A stretch of DNA of 64,000 nucleotides from contig JAIOYZ010000001.1 in assembly GCA_021740845.1 (NCBI GenBank), positions 147,246-211,245 of the forward strand, given 5' to 3'. Below are positions 11,901-20,614 of this stretch, in pieces (within the stretch, counting starts at the first letter, position 1; each line of letters opens with the position of its first letter). Source of the stretch: Bacteroidia bacterium (lineage in GTDB: Bacteria > Bacteroidota > Bacteroidia > UKL13-3). Under the pieces are notes generated by a model. The model was not told where the DNA came from, ran no database searches, and saw nothing but the letters and a program-made list of their open reading frames with translations. The position numbers were made by a program, and so were the translations under genes.

Positions 11901-14567
11901 GTTAATTATTCTGCTGGTAGTACCGTTCAAACTAGAACCTATTCTGGTACCCTCTTAGCTGGTGCGGTAGATACCGTATTGTTTGATACTTCTAGTGGCG
12001 CTTTTGGTGCAAGTCAAAGGTTTGTATATACGGGTGGTGCGGTTACTCTTAAAGCATATACCACAAATCCTAATTTAACAGCAGATCCTCAAACATTAAA
12101 TGATACCACATCAATAAGTTTCTGCTCTGCATTAAATGGGGTTTATACAATCAATCCTAGTGGTTCTGGCTCTAATAATTTCCTAACATTTGCAGATGCC
12201 ATCAATAGATTAAATTGTGGTGGTGTAACCGGAAATGTAACATTCAATGTTGCTTCTGGAACTTATGTTGGTCAAATTGATTTAACAACCATTACTGGAA
12301 CTAGCGATTCGTCGAAAGTTGTTTTTAAATCTGTTACCAACAATCCTGCTGATGTAACTTTAACTTCAAATACTTCCACTACCTTAGAGAATTATACCCT
12401 AAGATTAAAAGGTGTTTCTTATGTAAGTTTTGAAGCGTTTACTATCAAAAATTCTAGCACCACATTTAGTAGGGTAATTTCTATTAACAAACAGTCTACT
12501 AATAATACAAATACCAGCAATGTTACCATTAAGAATTGTATCATAGAAGGATACAATATTAGCAGTACTGCCGATCAGTATGCTGTTATTTATGGTCCAA
12601 ATGGCGATAATGCAACCAATATAAATATCTTAAATAACCAGATTAGATTTGGTTCTTATGGAATTTATTTTGGTGGTCAAAATATCATTAATTTATATTC
12701 TCCTGGTTTGGTAATCGATTCTAATACTATATATCGTCCTTACTATATGGGATTGTATTTATTGAGTAGAAACAATACCAAAATCAGAGGTAATTTCTTA
12801 GATGGTCATCCTTCCTATGGTGCGTATAATTTCTATTTAAGCGGTGCATCCGGTGATTTGGAAATAGTGGGTAATAATATTCAAAGTACTTACGGTACTT
12901 ATGGTATTTATATCGCTACTTGCAATTATTATGGTGAAACTGGTTTGGCAAGAGTGGCAAACAATATTGTTAATATGACAAGTACTGGAACCCAATATGG
13001 AATGTATTTTGCCAATGGCTCTAATTGCTATTTTATTAACAATACCGTTAATTGCGCTTCTACATCTACTTCCACTTATGCCTATTACCTTTCTGGTAAT
13101 ACCACTAGTGCAACGGTTCCACAAATTGTTCAAACCTCTAACATCCGCTTAATAAACAATATCCTTTATTCAAATGCGGGGTATTCTACTTACTATGCTA
13201 ATTTCTATTCGGTTTCTGGTACATCAGAATCCAATAACAATTTGTATTATTCTGGTGGAACCAATTTTGCCTTTGTAAATGGTTTAAGTTATACACCGGC
13301 TTCCTTTATTGCTTCTTATAGAAATTTATTATATGCTGGAAGTGATAGAAGGTCTTTATTAGCTCCTATTACCTTTACATCTTCTTCTAACTTAACTCCA
13401 TTAGTTAGTAGTTCTACCGCTTGGGCTTCCAATGGTAGAGGTGTTCAATCGTTCTTTGTAAATAAAGATATTTTTGGCAATCCAAGAAGCCAAATGGTTA
13501 GCACAGGTGTAACAGATATTGGTGCAGTTGAATTTACTCCAACAAGCAATCCTCCAAGTGCCACTTTAACAGGTTCAATCGGTGGTGGTAATACACAAGA
13601 TATGATTGTGTATGGCGATACCGTAGCTCGTTTAATCTGGGGATACGGTGGTACCTTACCAACTTCTATCAATGCTACCTACCATACCGGTGCTTTAATT
13701 AATGAACCTACAAATGGTGGTAGAAATCCTGGTGCAGAATACATGGATGTATTTTGGAAAATTGCCCCTAATGGTGGTTCTGCCTACAGTTTTGATTTGA
13801 AGTTAAATTTTGATCCTAATATGCTAGGAACCGTTCCTTCTATGTCGGATATCAAAATGGCCGCTCGAGTAACTGGTGTTTCTGGCAGTTGGACCCATTT
13901 TGGTTCTTCAGCTACCTCTGTAGATAGCTTAAATTACAATTTTGAAGTAATTGGCTTAACCGACCTTACTGAGTTTACTGGTACAACCGACTTTGCGCCG
14001 TTGCCTGTTAAATTAACTCGTTTCGAAGCTATTCGCAATAGTAGTGATGCCTTGTTGTATTGGAATACTAGCAGTGAGGTAAATAGTAAAGCGTTTGAAA
14101 TTGAACGTTCTGCCGATGGAAGCAAGTTTGAAAAAATAGGCACCTTAAAAGCAGCTGGTAATTCAAGCAAACTACTTAGCTACCAATTTGAGGATGTTCA
14201 AGCAGCTAACGCATACGCCAACAAAATGGCTTATTACCGATTGAAAATGGTGGATGTAGACGGTAGCTTCGATTACTCAAATGTGAGAGTAGTAGACTTT
14301 AACGACGCTAAAGATGCAGAGATTAAGGTTTTCCCTAATCCATTCTCAGATAAATTAACCATCACCTTAAGTTCTATTTCTTCTGAAAATGTACAAGTTG
14401 AAATTGTAGACCTATTTGGAAAAGTAGTGGCTCAACAATCTCAATCCCTATCAGTTTCAAACCCTGAAGTTTTAGTTCCTTCACTTTCTAAATTAAGTAA
14501 TGGCGTGTATATCATAAGAATTATTTCTGGCTCTGATGTGCATACTAGAAAATTAATTAAAGAATAA
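5910..14567 (+). CDS. 2885-aa T9SS-secreted surface protein: GEVED domain, four Ig(CARDB-like)+right-handed beta-helix modules, type A CTD
   Basis: Signal peptide ending AKS|Q. GEVED motifs (IDYNNDGTF, YRVRV, EYEDY). Four N/T/Y/G-rich modules, each ending D.xG..R...D.G..E. PLPVKLTRF linker and the VFPNPF...LSNGVYII...KLIKE CTD. Confidence 0.88.
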   Translation: MKKNVLVSFAETAPPSASPSMFGSQISPHSRRKSSLFFGIFFSLIFLFISQAKSQCYAPPNYCTAITAANNANYGMGIQNVTLYTSAIPSQINNNSTAGTGTQIYFDYTSQIVRAGAGDSVYFSVKGGSSNQTIFRIYIDYNNDGTFATTAPELVFTSPNLTVVNTVVNGSFILPTTLTSGPYRVRVASDGQGIIPQPCGPITYSAEYEDYTLMVPSSNPDLISGAITSPSSAIVGNNTVAFNFTNISTTTITSVDVSYQLDNNTPVTQSLSSISILPGATYTATFSTQVALPSTGTFNLRAWTDNPNYLGNNTPGNDTICKNIVTYCSGPLSGTYTINPTGSGTTNYKSFGGIDSAMASCGVSGAVTVNVTPGIYNENLIFTAIPGASATNNITFNGNGSSLLFNCSASDIALVRFQGAKHITIDSLTLKTTNATYGWGVHFYQNSDSNTVKNCIIDISTVTSSTAANSAGVIFSNSLTSPTTTGNTCVGNTIENNYIKGNPTSYGLYYGIVGCPSTSSTTYTGNKFLRNRIENFYIYGIYWSYGNRTVFRGNTITRPSKTLVSTTYAFYLSSASRSDTVDANIITNLFGGAPTSTGTTYLFYGINRSGSSTEPNIFTNNLAYNMNGEGAHYGFYFLTSYNNHLYNNTLLFDNASSASANVTYGLYFTGGTSASSTLNCRNNIFSITRGGAGSKYGIYTNGAWTTGATVNKNAYYGIGANYNMGYYVGTTYSTLANWKTSLTTLDQQSIDYAPNFVNPATGNFSPRDGAYDGAGDNVITIVPRDITGATRSLPMDIGAFEASPIGLDAAMSEVTMPVAPYIAGSKSFSAKIRNAGTTTITSATINWSINGVTQTPVSYTGTLTGGSVSSSISLGTYTIAGNTLYDIQVWVSNPNSSTDPNPDNNQIGGLTAAQVSGILTINSAGSGAGVFTTFKGFTDLISIGGLGGAVTANVTVGSGPYTEQVFLGVVPGASATNTITINGNGETLQFNNVNSGSIGIFNLIGTDYCSLSNLYIKSLNTTYGIGIILSAGATYNTIQNCTINISSISSSSYSAGIAFTASQSNATTAGLNGTNNLIEGNSIIGNSTGGPYYGISYLPTNTSNAANTGNIIRNNEIKDFYYYGIYMSYSAGTIVTGNVISRPTKASPTTFMGIYASNGLAQDTFENNIIKQPFAGLTTTTGTFYGIYFASGNVPAARPVIVRNNQIYDIVSNGAIYGVYKSTTANIRFYNNTIVVDHPSSTSTGLTYLFYSTSTFSTTTVRNNIFYLNRGGSGAKYIYYLNTTGTGYVINNNDVKLYTSGSNNNVGYYGGAFTTFASWQTANSGAFDQNSVTADPYFRLYVGSEFYQPGSDSLNNIGFSTPDVPRDITGALRSSTPDLGVYEFSVPAVDAGLTRVVTPISPLSLGGQNIDVMVKSFGPTALTSTNIGWEMNGVSQTPATWYGYLGNGDSSSFNLAYYSFTNPGFYRIKAWTYAPNGLTDSLNMNDTINVTLCTALNGDYTVNPALPATDTNFVSLKTFLETVQLCGVAGPVKVAVSPGSYNGSIALFAGISGISATNNIEIIGADSATTKIIHDGSGQRATILMSGAKHFTFRNLTIENTAIVGGSGGFGVLFTNAADSNRLVGCNIKVATLTAGYSTFVPVLSTANVLSANTAGNNANYLTIDSCTMIGGYYGVSLYNNSTAKSEGNKIRDSRVLQAYYAGIYSFWQNKIVIHRNKITNTGNNTNTSSFGMYIYQCDNGINVTKNEVTGQLGGYGTYLYQNFGTSTNRNIFANNMIQLGSASYTSYGLYDGGNVYSDIAHNSIHNTSGDASYVSCGLYFNYSNPSTGSNARIVNNVISSPNGAMVIYCPNTASLSTSTMFIDNNSYYSPSTYPFRIVNTIYQALFNYRLAMGAFVPGIDSNSIWVQPSFFSTTNLRSITPQLDSMGYVLPTVTDDIDGNPRSTNAPDAGVNEFFRPGEDAGVIAILQPTLPVAVGSTDVQVVIKNFGLNTITSVDVNYSAGSTVQTRTYSGTLLAGAVDTVLFDTSSGAFGASQRFVYTGGAVTLKAYTTNPNLTADPQTLNDTTSISFCSALNGVYTINPSGSGSNNFLTFADAINRLNCGGVTGNVTFNVASGTYVGQIDLTTITGTSDSSKVVFKSVTNNPADVTLTSNTSTTLENYTLRLKGVSYVSFEAFTIKNSSTTFSRVISINKQSTNNTNTSNVTIKNCIIEGYNISSTADQYAVIYGPNGDNATNINILNNQIRFGSYGIYFGGQNIINLYSPGLVIDSNTIYRPYYMGLYLLSRNNTKIRGNFLDGHPSYGAYNFYLSGASGDLEIVGNNIQSTYGTYGIYIATCNYYGETGLARVANNIVNMTSTGTQYGMYFANGSNCYFINNTVNCASTSTSTYAYYLSGNTTSATVPQIVQTSNIRLINNILYSNAGYSTYYANFYSVSGTSESNNNLYYSGGTNFAFVNGLSYTPASFIASYRNLLYAGSDRRSLLAPITFTSSSNLTPLVSSSTAWASNGRGVQSFFVNKDIFGNPRSQMVSTGVTDIGAVEFTPTSNPPSATLTGSIGGGNTQDMIVYGDTVARLIWGYGGTLPTSINATYHTGALINEPTNGGRNPGAEYMDVFWKIAPNGGSAYSFDLKLNFDPNMLGTVPSMSDIKMAARVTGVSGSWTHFGSSATSVDSLNYNFEVIGLTDLTEFTGTTDFAPLPVKLTRFEAIRNSSDALLYWNTSSEVNSKAFEIERSADGSKFEKIGTLKAAGNSSKLLSYQFEDVQAANAYANKMAYYRLKMVDVDGSFDYSNVRVVDFNDAKDAEIKVFPNPFSDKLTITLSSISSENVQVEIVDLFGKVVAQQSQSLSVSNPEVLVPSLSKLSNGVYIIRIISGSDVHTRKLIKE

Positions 14568-14583
14568 TACTTTTTAAGAATTC

Positions 14584-14619
14584 AAAAGCCCTTCATTTAA
14601 TAAGTGAAGGGCTTTTTTT
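14584..14619 (+). terminator. Rho-independent terminator
   Basis: AAAAGCCCTTCA...TGAAGGGCTTTT hairpin followed by a T run. Confidence 0.85.
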
Positions 14620-14657
14620 ATGAACCTAATTCAGCTAGAATTAATTTTTTATTTTGC

Positions 14658-14682
14658 TTTGTAAAATAATCCCTTACCTTCG
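14658..14682 (+). promoter_or_regulatory. Putative Bacteroidota housekeeping promoter of rpsU
   Basis: TACCTTCG resembles the -7 TAnnTTTG element, with TTTG runs upstream. Confidence 0.55.
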
Positions 14683-14708
14683 CAGCCCCTCAAAAGGGAA
14701 AATCTAAA

Positions 14709-14720
14709 GGAAAGGAGGTG
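14709..14720 (+). promoter_or_regulatory. Extended Shine-Dalgarno of rpsU
   Basis: GGAAAGGAGGTG lies 8 nt before the ATG at 14729 and is complementary to the 16S 3' tail. Confidence 0.85.
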
Positions 14721-14728
14721 CACATAAT

Positions 14729-14923
14729 ATGATCCATATCAGCGTTAAAGAAAACGAATCACTAGACAGAGCTCTTAAGAAATTTAAGAAGAAGTTTGAG
14801 AAAACGGGAGTTGTAAAGGAACTTCGTGCGCGTCAAGCATTCACTAAGCCTTGTATCAACAAACGTCATGAGAAAATCCGTGCAGCTTACAAATTGAAGA
14901 TGCAACAAGAAGCTCAAGGATAA
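14729..14923 (+). CDS. rpsU: 30S ribosomal protein bS21
   Basis: ENESLDRALKKFKKKFEKTG...R.RQAFTKP signature. Confidence 0.97.
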   Translation: MIHISVKENESLDRALKKFKKKFEKTGVVKELRARQAFTKPCINKRHEKIRAAYKLKMQQEAQG

Positions 14924-14940
14924 TTTTTATCCTCTATAGA

Positions 14941-14974
14941 AAAAGCAGTCTGATTTTCAGGCTGCTTTTTTTTT
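14941..14974 (+). terminator. Rho-independent terminator after rpsU
   Basis: AAAAGCAGTCTGA-TTT-TCAGGCTGCTTTT followed by a T run. Confidence 0.8.
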
Positions 14975-15033
14975 ACAATAAAGGGTAGCTTTTAAAATTA
15001 ATTTAGCTATCTTGCTTTTATCAATCCTAGTAT

Positions 15034-15924
15034 ATGCTGTTGCAGGAGGCCGTTCAACAATACCTAACTTATGTGAAGTTTGAAAAGAAACAATCAATGC
15101 ATTCTTTTCAGGCCTATCAAACCGATTTACAGCAAATTCAAGATTACCTTTTAATAAGCTATCAAGTTAAACTCCTAAATGAGTTTAACCATTTGCAAAT
15201 CCGTTCCTGGATTGCCCAATTGATGAATGAAGGCATAAGCTCCAGAAGTATTTCCAGAAAAATTTCTACTCTAAAAAGTTTCTTTAAATTTTGCATTCAG
15301 CAAGATTGGGTAGAAAACAATCCTATGGTTAAAATTCAATTGCCAAAAATCACCAAAAAACTTCCTGTTTTTGTAGAACAGAAAGCAATGGAGAATTTGC
15401 TTGAACCCATTAATTTTGAAGATAATTTAGAGGGGAAACAAAATGAACTAATTCTTCAAATGTATTACGGTACTGGAATGAGACGTGCAGAGTTGATTGG
15501 CCTAAAAGTGGTAAACATCGATTTGTATAAAGGTCAACTTAAGGTAATGGGTAAAAGAAGTAAGGAGAGAATTATTCCAATAACCCGCGAATTGGTAGAT
15601 TTAATTGCCAAATTTCTTGAAATGAAAAAACAAGAGGATATATCTTCAGAAAATTTATTTTCAAGTAAAGACGGAAAGCCCTTGTACCCAGTTAAAGTGC
15701 ATCGTTTGGTTCATCAAAGTTTGTCAAGTGTTACCACCATTCAAAAAAGAAGTTCACATGTCTTACGCCATACCTACGCCACGCACCTTCTTAACAATGG
15801 TGCCGATTTAAATGCCATCAAAGAGTTATTGGGTCATGCCAACCTTTCTGCAACCCAGGTCTACACTCACAACAGCATTGAAAGGTTGAAAGAGGTTTAT
15901 AAAAATAAACACCCAAGGTCTTAA
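15034..15924 (+). CDS. xerC: Tyrosine recombinase XerC
   Basis: Catalytic R (TGMRRAEL), K (GKRSKER), HxLRH and LGH...TQVY. Conserved rpsU-xerC-hpf synteny. Confidence 0.9.
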   Translation: MLLQEAVQQYLTYVKFEKKQSMHSFQAYQTDLQQIQDYLLISYQVKLLNEFNHLQIRSWIAQLMNEGISSRSISRKISTLKSFFKFCIQQDWVENNPMVKIQLPKITKKLPVFVEQKAMENLLEPINFEDNLEGKQNELILQMYYGTGMRRAELIGLKVVNIDLYKGQLKVMGKRSKERIIPITRELVDLIAKFLEMKKQEDISSENLFSSKDGKPLYPVKVHRLVHQSLSSVTTIQKRSSHVLRHTYATHLLNNGADLNAIKELLGHANLSATQVYTHNSIERLKEVYKNKHPRS

Positions 15925-16006
15925 ATCCTGCTATTATTATATTTATAAGAAACCAAGGATTGTCTGGCAGGTACTTTCCTAGTTTCAAAAGAAAAGAAGA
16001 TAAGTT

Positions 16007-16312
16007 ATGAAGATTGAAATTCAGTCCATTCACTTCAAAGCAGACGTAAAACTGCTAGATTTTATCAAAAAGAAAATTGAGAAAACCCAAACTTTTTTTG
16101 ATGGAGCGCAGTTAGCAGATGTCTACCTCCGCCTCGAGAAAGACAAGGAGAAAGAGAATAAAGTGGTGGAAATTAAAATGAACGTTGCTGGTTATCCAAT
16201 TTTCGCCAAGGAGCAAAGTGCTACATTTGAAACCGCTACCGATTTGGTCTTAGATAAATTAGTTGCCCAAATAAGAAAACAAAAGGAAAAAATTCAAGCC
16301 AAAACCGCTTGA
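16007..16312 (+). CDS. hpf: Ribosome hibernation promoting factor (HPF/RaiA)
   Basis: IQSIHFKAD.KL..FI, ENKVVEIK and TFE.A.D patterns. Confidence 0.92.
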   Translation: MKIEIQSIHFKADVKLLDFIKKKIEKTQTFFDGAQLADVYLRLEKDKEKENKVVEIKMNVAGYPIFAKEQSATFETATDLVLDKLVAQIRKQKEKIQAKTA

Positions 16313-16317
16313 TAACT

Positions 16318-16356
16318 AACAAAAAAAGGGATGCATTTTGCATCCCTTTTTTTGTT
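16318..16356. terminator. Bidirectional terminator between hpf and the peptidase
   Basis: A7-GGGATGCA...TGCATCCC-T7 inverted repeat between convergent genes. Confidence 0.88.
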
Positions 16357-18083
16357 TATTCTACCCTAAATATGGGTATTCTTTTGTGTTCCTGCTCATA
16401 ATATGGAGAGTGATGGTAAATAAAGCCCAATACCTCATATTTGTCATTTGCCTTTTCGGGATATGTCATTTTCCATCGCTCAAAATCTTGCTTTAATTTG
16501 GGGTCCTTATCCAATAAAGCCAGCGCATCATCTTCAAAAGCATAATCAGAAAAGCCTTCTTTTTCGTTTAAAAAGGCATCAAAAAAGTTCCAATAGGTAA
16601 ACCCATCCTTTGCCTCAGGTACCAATGCCTCCATCAAATACCTAAGCCCCCGTTGATTCGTTGGAATCATCCAATCGCCTTCCCTTAATTCTATTTCTAT
16701 TTTTTTAGTTTTGGTTCGAACCGAATTAGCTACAAAATGACCCTCATATGGAGCTTTTCCATATTGTATTTCTGTAATATATGTAGCCGTAACTTCCATT
16801 TTTTCAGGTAAAGCAGATCGTATATATATAATAGAATTTGCCTTTAATCGCTCAATTACCTTTACATTTTCTTTGGGAACAATAAAGTATTTAGGAATAC
16901 CAACCGATAAGCCAGCAAAACAAGAGTCATAATAGGGAATGGTTTTCTCAAATGGCCTTTTTTTATTGTAATAATGCCTTTGATAATTCCCAAGTTTGCT
17001 TGGAATTTCCTCAAACTCATATCCTTTAAAAACTAAATTTTTATGGCTTTCTCTGCTTACCTGAAAATTGGTTTCGCAAGTACCTAATCCTAAAATCCAT
17101 TTTTGTTGGGCTGTTTTGGTTTGAACTAAAAGGCTTCTTTCTTGAACGCAAAATTTCTGAAATGTTTCAAAAAGACTATATGTTGCTTTTACTCTTTCTG
17201 GATAAGGTTTAAGCATATGGGTTTCTGCCACAAATCCCAATGTGCCAAATAGTGCAGCATAGCCTGTAGAAAACTTTGGACCTTCCACAAAAACCTCAAA
17301 GCCATTTGGATCCGGAGATTGACCAAAAACATTTACATATGGACTCATTTCCCAGCCTTTTTTCTTCATGTCTTTGTATAAAAATGGATTCATTTCATGG
17401 TACATAAATTCCGAAGCTGGTCCACCCAACTTTTGCTTTTGGGTGCTAATTAGAGTCATGGTATATTGGTAATCTGCTCCATTAGAAGTATGAGTATCCA
17501 AAAATACATCGGGTTGCCATTTCTGAAATAACTCATAAAATGCAAAGGTGTTTTTCGAATCTGCTTTTATAAAATCTCGGTTCAAGTCGTAATTGCCTGC
17601 ACTTGCTCTAAAACCTTTTTCTAATGGGCCATTTTGGTTGGCTCTTGTAAAGGTTTTTCTATTTTTCATCCCATCCACATTATAGGCTGGAATTACTAAA
17701 ATGGTAACACTATCAGGGATAAGTTTGGGATTGTTTGCCAAGGCTTGTAAATACAAAATAGAGGCGTCAATTCCTTCACTTTCACCTGGGTGAATACCAT
17801 TCATTATCAGCCAAACTACATTCCTTTTTTCTCCAATTTCGTTTGGTTCAAACCGCTTTTTCTTATTAACTACCAATACATGTAAGAGATTACCCTGATC
17901 TGAAAGTCCAATTTTTTGAAGCTGCATAAATTCACTCATCGAATCAATTTGTTGGTAGCTTCTTACCATTTCCTCATAGGTAGGTGTTTGGTTGCTATTA
18001 AATTTAAGTTTTGGCGATTGCGCAAAATTTAAAGTAGGTTTAAGTAGTATAAGAAGGAGGAGGGAAGCAAATTTTCTTGTCAT
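16356..18083 (-). CDS. Secreted M14-family zinc carboxypeptidase
   Basis: Signal peptide, GIHPGE (HxxE), DLNRDF and D.HTS zinc ligand. Confidence 0.88.
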   Translation of the reverse strand: MTRKFASLLLLILLKPTLNFAQSPKLKFNSNQTPTYEEMVRSYQQIDSMSEFMQLQKIGLSDQGNLLHVLVVNKKKRFEPNEIGEKRNVVWLIMNGIHPGESEGIDASILYLQALANNPKLIPDSVTILVIPAYNVDGMKNRKTFTRANQNGPLEKGFRASAGNYDLNRDFIKADSKNTFAFYELFQKWQPDVFLDTHTSNGADYQYTMTLISTQKQKLGGPASEFMYHEMNPFLYKDMKKKGWEMSPYVNVFGQSPDPNGFEVFVEGPKFSTGYAALFGTLGFVAETHMLKPYPERVKATYSLFETFQKFCVQERSLLVQTKTAQQKWILGLGTCETNFQVSRESHKNLVFKGYEFEEIPSKLGNYQRHYYNKKRPFEKTIPYYDSCFAGLSVGIPKYFIVPKENVKVIERLKANSIIYIRSALPEKMEVTATYITEIQYGKAPYEGHFVANSVRTKTKKIEIELREGDWMIPTNQRGLRYLMEALVPEAKDGFTYWNFFDAFLNEKEGFSDYAFEDDALALLDKDPKLKQDFERWKMTYPEKANDKYEVLGFIYHHSPYYEQEHKRIPIFRVE

Positions 18084-18279
18084 TTTATAAAATGTGTTGC
18101 TGATTTTGCTGGCAATTTGGGTGAAATTTTCGAGAAATAAAGCAATAATATTTCGGTTTGAACCAAATTTTTTATGGGTGTGAGCATAAGGTTCTACTAT
18201 AAAAGTTCACTTCCTTTAAGAATTAAGTAACTGATTGGCAGCTAAAATTCAGAAATTATAACTAAGCGAAGGTTAAAAA

Positions 18280-18390
18280 TTTGCAAATTTGGAAGAAGGC
18301 TTTACTTTTGCCGGACTGTTACGCTTCAACGTTCTCTTTAAATTTTTTTTTGCTTCCTACTTGTAAACATCCCGCAAAACACTACATTTG
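18280..18390 (+). promoter_or_regulatory. Tandem promoters of the tRNA-tuf operon
   Basis: TACTTTTG (18303-18310) and TACATTTG (18383-18390) match TAnnTTTG, each with (T)TTG about 19-20 bp upstream. Confidence 0.65.
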
Positions 18391-18532
18391 CAGTCCTTTT
18401 GAAAAAGAAAGGTGAAATGTAAAAATGTTCTTTGCAGGTTAAGTTTCAGATAAATAGCTAATTAGCTTTTATGTGGGATTAAAAATAGACATAAACGTCA
18501 AAGGAATTTCTCAGGGTAACCTGAAAATAGAT

Positions 18533-18608
18533 GCCACTTTAGCTCAGCTGGTAGAGCAACTGATTTGTAATCAGTAGGTCGCTGGTTCGATTCCGGCAAG
18601 TGGCTCCA
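18533..18608 (+). tRNA. tRNA-Thr(UGU)
   Basis: GCCACTT/AAGTGGC acceptor stem, anticodon loop TT-TGT-AA, GGTTCGATTCC T arm, encoded CCA. Confidence 0.97.
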
Positions 18609-18634
18609 CTTCAAGTCCAATGGATTTGAGTGAT

Positions 18635-18715
18635 GGGGAGATTCCAGAGCGGCCAAATGGGACGGACTGTAAATCCGTTGCGAGAGCTTCGAAGGTTCGA
18701 ATCCTTCTCTCCCCA
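18635..18715 (+). tRNA. tRNA-Tyr(GUA)
   Basis: GGGGAGA/TCTCCCC acceptor stem, CT-GTA-AA loop, long variable arm. Confidence 0.97.
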
Positions 18716-18805
18716 CATTCATCCGCTAGAGCCTAACTTATGGCGGATAGTTTGGGCGTTTATGTCAAAAAAAAATTTATTATGTGTGAACATAATCAAT
18801 AAAAA

Positions 18806-18878
18806 GCGAGAGTAGCTCAGTTGGTAGAGCGACAGCCTTCCAAGCTGTAGGTCGCGGGTTCGAGCCTCGTCTCTCGCT
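18806..18878 (+). tRNA. tRNA-Gly(UCC)
   Basis: GCGAGAG/CTCTCGC acceptor stem, CT-TCC-AA loop. Confidence 0.97.
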
Positions 18879-18958
18879 CATTTAGGTGAGCAAGTAACAG
18901 ATTTCCAAATCTTTTATTTAACCATCAATTAGCAATTCATTGTAAAATGAATTGCTAA

Positions 18959-19030
<72 letters not shown>

Positions 19031-19068
19031 CAAAAAACGAAAAACATAAACTTAAAATACAAAACACA

Positions 19069-20256
19069 ATGGCTAAAGAAAAATTTGACCGCAGTAAACC
19101 TCACGTTAACATCGGTACAATCGGTCACGTTGACCACGGTAAAACAACCTTAACAGCTGCTATTACTAAAGTATTATCAGATGCAGGTCTTTCAGAAGCG
19201 CGTTCATTCGAATCGATTGACTCAGCTCCTGAAGAAAAAGAACGCGGTATTACTATTAATACTGCTCACGTTGAGTATTCAACTGCTAACCGTCACTACG
19301 CTCACGTTGACTGTCCTGGTCACGCGGATTACGTAAAGAACATGGTTACTGGTGCTGCTCAAATGGACGGTGCAATTCTTGTAGTTGCTTCTACAGATGG
19401 TCCTATGCCTCAAACTCGCGAGCATATCCTTTTGGCTCGTCAGGTAGGTGTACCTAGAATCGTAGTTTTCATGAACAAGGTTGACATGGTAGATGATCCT
19501 GAATTGTTAGAGATCGTTGAAATGGAAATCCGTGATTTGTTGAACAAATATGAATTCCCTGGTGACGAAATTCCAATTATTCAAGGTTCTGCTTTGGGTG
19601 GTTTGAACGGAGATGCTAAATGGGTTGCTAAAATTATGGAATTGATGGATGCTGTAGATAGCTATATCCCAGTTCCTCCTCGTGCAACTGAACTTCCTTT
19701 CTTGATGCCAATTGAAGACGTATTCTCGATCACTGGTCGTGGAACTGTTGCAACTGGTCGTATCGAGCGTGGAATTATCAACTCTTCAGAAAGTGTAGAT
19801 ATTATCGGTTTAGGTGCAGAAAAATTAACTTCAGTAGTAACTGGTGTTGAAATGTTCCGTAAAATCCTTGATAGAGGAGAAGCTGGTGATAACGTAGGTT
19901 TATTGTTACGTGGTGTTGATAAAAACCAAATCCGTAGAGGTATGGTTATTTGCAAGCCAGGTTCAGTATTGCCTCACACTAAATTCAAAGCTGAAATTTA
20001 CGTATTGAGCAAAGAAGAAGGTGGACGTCATACTCCATTCTTTAACAAATATCGCCCTCAGTTCTATTTCCGTACCACAGACGTAACTGGCGAGTGCCAA
20101 TTAGCTGAAGGTGTTGAAATGGTAATGCCTGGTGATAACGTAACTATCACAGTTCAATTGATCGCTCCAATCGCTATGGAAAAGAACTTACGTTTCGCTA
20201 TCCGTGAAGGTGGTAGAACTGTAGGTGCTGGTCAGGTAACTGAAATTTTAGAATAA
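19069..20256 (+). CDS. tuf: Elongation factor Tu
   Basis: [27 protein letters not shown]. True start is the ATG at 19069. Confidence 0.99.
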   Translation: MAKEKFDRSKPHVNIGTIGHVDHGKTTLTAAITKVLSDAGLSEARSFESIDSAPEEKERGITINTAHVEYSTANRHYAHVDCPGHADYVKNMVTGAAQMDGAILVVASTDGPMPQTREHILLARQVGVPRIVVFMNKVDMVDDPELLEIVEMEIRDLLNKYEFPGDEIPIIQGSALGGLNGDAKWVAKIMELMDAVDSYIPVPPRATELPFLMPIEDVFSITGRGTVATGRIERGIINSSESVDIIGLGAEKLTSVVTGVEMFRKILDRGEAGDNVGLLLRGVDKNQIRRGMVICKPGSVLPHTKFKAEIYVLSKEEGGRHTPFFNKYRPQFYFRTTDVTGECQLAEGVEMVMPGDNVTITVQLIAPIAMEKNLRFAIREGGRTVGAGQVTEILE

Positions 20257-20273
20257 TTAAAATTCAATAATTT

Positions 20274-20305
20274 TAAATGTTGGCTAGGTAACTAGCCAAC
20301 ATTTA
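20274..20305 (+). other. Stem-loop between tuf and tRNA-Trp (processing or termination signal)
   Basis: Perfect 14-bp stem TAAATGTTGGCTAG-GTAA-CTAGCCAACATTTA. Confidence 0.7.
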
Positions 20306-20313
20306 TTGTCTAT

Positions 20314-20387
20314 ACGGGAATAGTTCAATGGTAGAATGTCGGTCTCCAAAACCGCTGATCAGGGTTCGAATCCTTGTTCCCGTGCCA
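20314..20387 (+). tRNA. tRNA-Trp(CCA)
   Basis: ACGGGAA/TTCCCGT acceptor stem, CT-CCA-AA loop, encoded CCA end. Conserved tuf-trp-secE order. Confidence 0.96.
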
Positions 20388-20397
20388 AATAAAGAAT

Positions 20398-20595
20398 ATG
20401 AATAAGTTTAGAGAATATATCAAATTGTCATACGATGAGTTGATGAATAAGGTTTCTTGGCCGAGCTGGGAAGACTTGCAAGAGAGCACCATCATTGTGA
20501 TGATCGCTTCTTTACTTATAGCCTTGTTAATTGGGGTTATAGATTTGGCAAGTAGCACCTCACTAGGTTTTTTTTACCAATTATTCCAAAGCTAG
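20398..20595 (+). CDS. secE: Preprotein translocase subunit SecE
   Basis: ELMNKVSWPSW motif and one TM helix. Start is the ATG at 20398, after the tRNA. Confidence 0.96.
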   Translation: MNKFREYIKLSYDELMNKVSWPSWEDLQESTIIVMIASLLIALLIGVIDLASSTSLGFFYQLFQS

Positions 20596-20614
20596 GAATA
20601 TTATTGATTGAATC

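Noticed and set aside
15034..15924. Tyrosine recombinase near tRNAs as a prophage or island integrase
   Set aside because: Size and rpsU-xerC-hpf synteny indicate housekeeping XerC. No att repeats or cargo genes.
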